Positions 62,588-64,000 of a stretch of 64,000 bases of DNA are shown in pieces (position 1 is the stretch's first letter; each line of letters starts with the position of its first letter). A program made the translations under genes and the position numbers. The notes under the pieces were generated by a model. That model did not search any database and was not told where the DNA came from. It saw only the letters and a list, made by a program, of their open reading frames with translations. The DNA is from Lepidodermella squamata (Eukaryota; Animalia; Gastrotricha), in contig JBLDXI010000029.1 of assembly GCA_047495785.1 (NCBI GenBank), positions 682,001-746,000 of the forward strand, given 5' to 3'.

Positions 62588-64000
62588 ATTTTGATATAAA
62601 ATATTTCGTCGTTATGGTTTCTACTTCTCAGTCCATTATTTACTAGTGCGTAGAAATTTCTACCAAATTTTATAGAAATGGCATCGCTTTGAATTTCAAT
62701 CATATCTTGAAAATACACAGCGGATCGCCTCATTTGCTATGCAACGGAGTGTAATAATTTTTCGATGCCACCTGAGGGTGGAAAAAACCGGAATAAGTGA
62801 GGCGATTTGCTATGCCTATGATACAATTATTTATAGCCACAATACGGAACCTGTGCGAAAAAATGACTCGATTCCAAGCAAGGCCTTATAGCTCCGTTTA
62901 CCTTTATAATTATGCGAGAAAATCGTAGATTCGATCTTTAACGTTCATTTCTCATTTTTCTACGGAATAATTGCTACCATCATTTATTCTCAATTTTCGT
63001 TATACCCATTTATTTTGATTGAAAAAATCGAGAGGTTTATATCATGTACTGTGTAACTGTTATATAATAGAATTATTTCACGTTCATTTCTGAATCTTAT
63101 GAGTAATTGCAAATTAAATTATACGTAAAGGCGCTGAGCGCGCAATTTGAAACTCGAACTGTCTGTTTTGTATAACGCAATAAAAAACTATTGTTATATA
63201 ATACATTATTTGAAAAGGTACCCGACTTTTTGCACTTTGGAACAGAAGTCCAGCGTTTTTTACGTACTTGAAAGAGTTTTTTTAATCCCGACCGCAACAC
63301 GTGTCGTCGGCCAATTTTTTTGCACCGTCACCTGGCTGGACTTTGCACTTTCTGGCACGAGGCTGAAGAGTAATGAAAAAAGTCTCCGTTTTTTATCGCA
63401 GTTCGAGGGGTGTCGCAGTTTTTACTGAAAATTTTTCCGACGCTGGTATTTTTGTTTTCTTCTCAAGAATAAATCTCGCAAAAATTCGTTCGTTTTCGAC
63501 GGTCAGTCACAAATAGCATATCATAGACGCCAGATAAAGAACAGCGGACAAATCAATATTGTGTTATCTCATTCAGAATAACAAAACAACAAAACGCATA
63601 GCGGAGAACAAAAAAATATCCAACATTTTCTCATCATCAAATAATAATAATAATAATTATAATGAGCGGCGGGTTTTCGTAGAAACGAAAATTGTTTTAA
63701 TGGTGAGTTTTCCTTGTTTTTCAAAATTAACATTGGAAGTCGGCTGATTTCAAAAGGTGCAGTGAGACTTGAACGAAATAGCGGCACAGTATTCAACTAT
63801 TATTTTCGTTTTTACATCACAGAAATTTCGGTCTTGTGCCCTAACAAATTTCATCTTAGTAACTGTATTATGGCTTAGGTTTCAAACAAATCGCGCGTTT
63901 CCGTCGTTCCAAATACAGCGAAAAGCATGCTAACGAGAGAACAAGTCCTGCATTACAATGAAAAACGACAGAAAGTTCAAGCTGTTGTACCAGCAATTTT

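Noticed and set aside
1-64000. Nematode origin suggested by TTTTCAG acceptors and A/T tracts
   Set aside because: An intact outer-arm axonemal dynein is inconsistent with nematodes; taxon left unassigned.

Overview
Eukaryotic (invertebrate animal) genomic DNA with spliceosomal GT-AG introns; the taxon cannot be identified from the sequence. Bases 1-24.3 kb (+) hold the 3' part (13 exons) of an outer-arm axonemal dynein beta-type heavy chain (DNAH9/11/17 class). Its large introns carry decayed antisense mobile-element relics: Penelope-like with a minimal hammerhead ribozyme, BEL/Pao, Crypton/DUF3504, Mutator, and an unidentified ORF family present in two introns. Bases 25-43 kb form a compact, compositionally distinct block of intronless or ~50-nt-intron genes. 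Four are co-oriented on the minus strand: an LRR membrane protein, KLHL10, a divergent GABA-B-type class C GPCR and a divergent Cys-loop channel. They are followed by nested inverted-repeat elements, a second divergent class C GPCR and a C2H2 zinc-finger gene. Bases 42.6-45.3 kb encode a secreted Kunitz/WAP protein, and 51-62.6 kb an F-BAR/C1/RhoGAP gene (ARHGAP45/29/GMIP family). The most interesting leads are a candidate orphan chemoreceptor island, a candidate polycistronic/trans-spliced gene run, the intronic hammerhead, PATC-like periodic A/T introns with domain boundaries inside genes, and an apparent skew inversion within long exons. Exon boundaries were assigned by hand from GT/AG and reading-frame continuity; no database searches were run.
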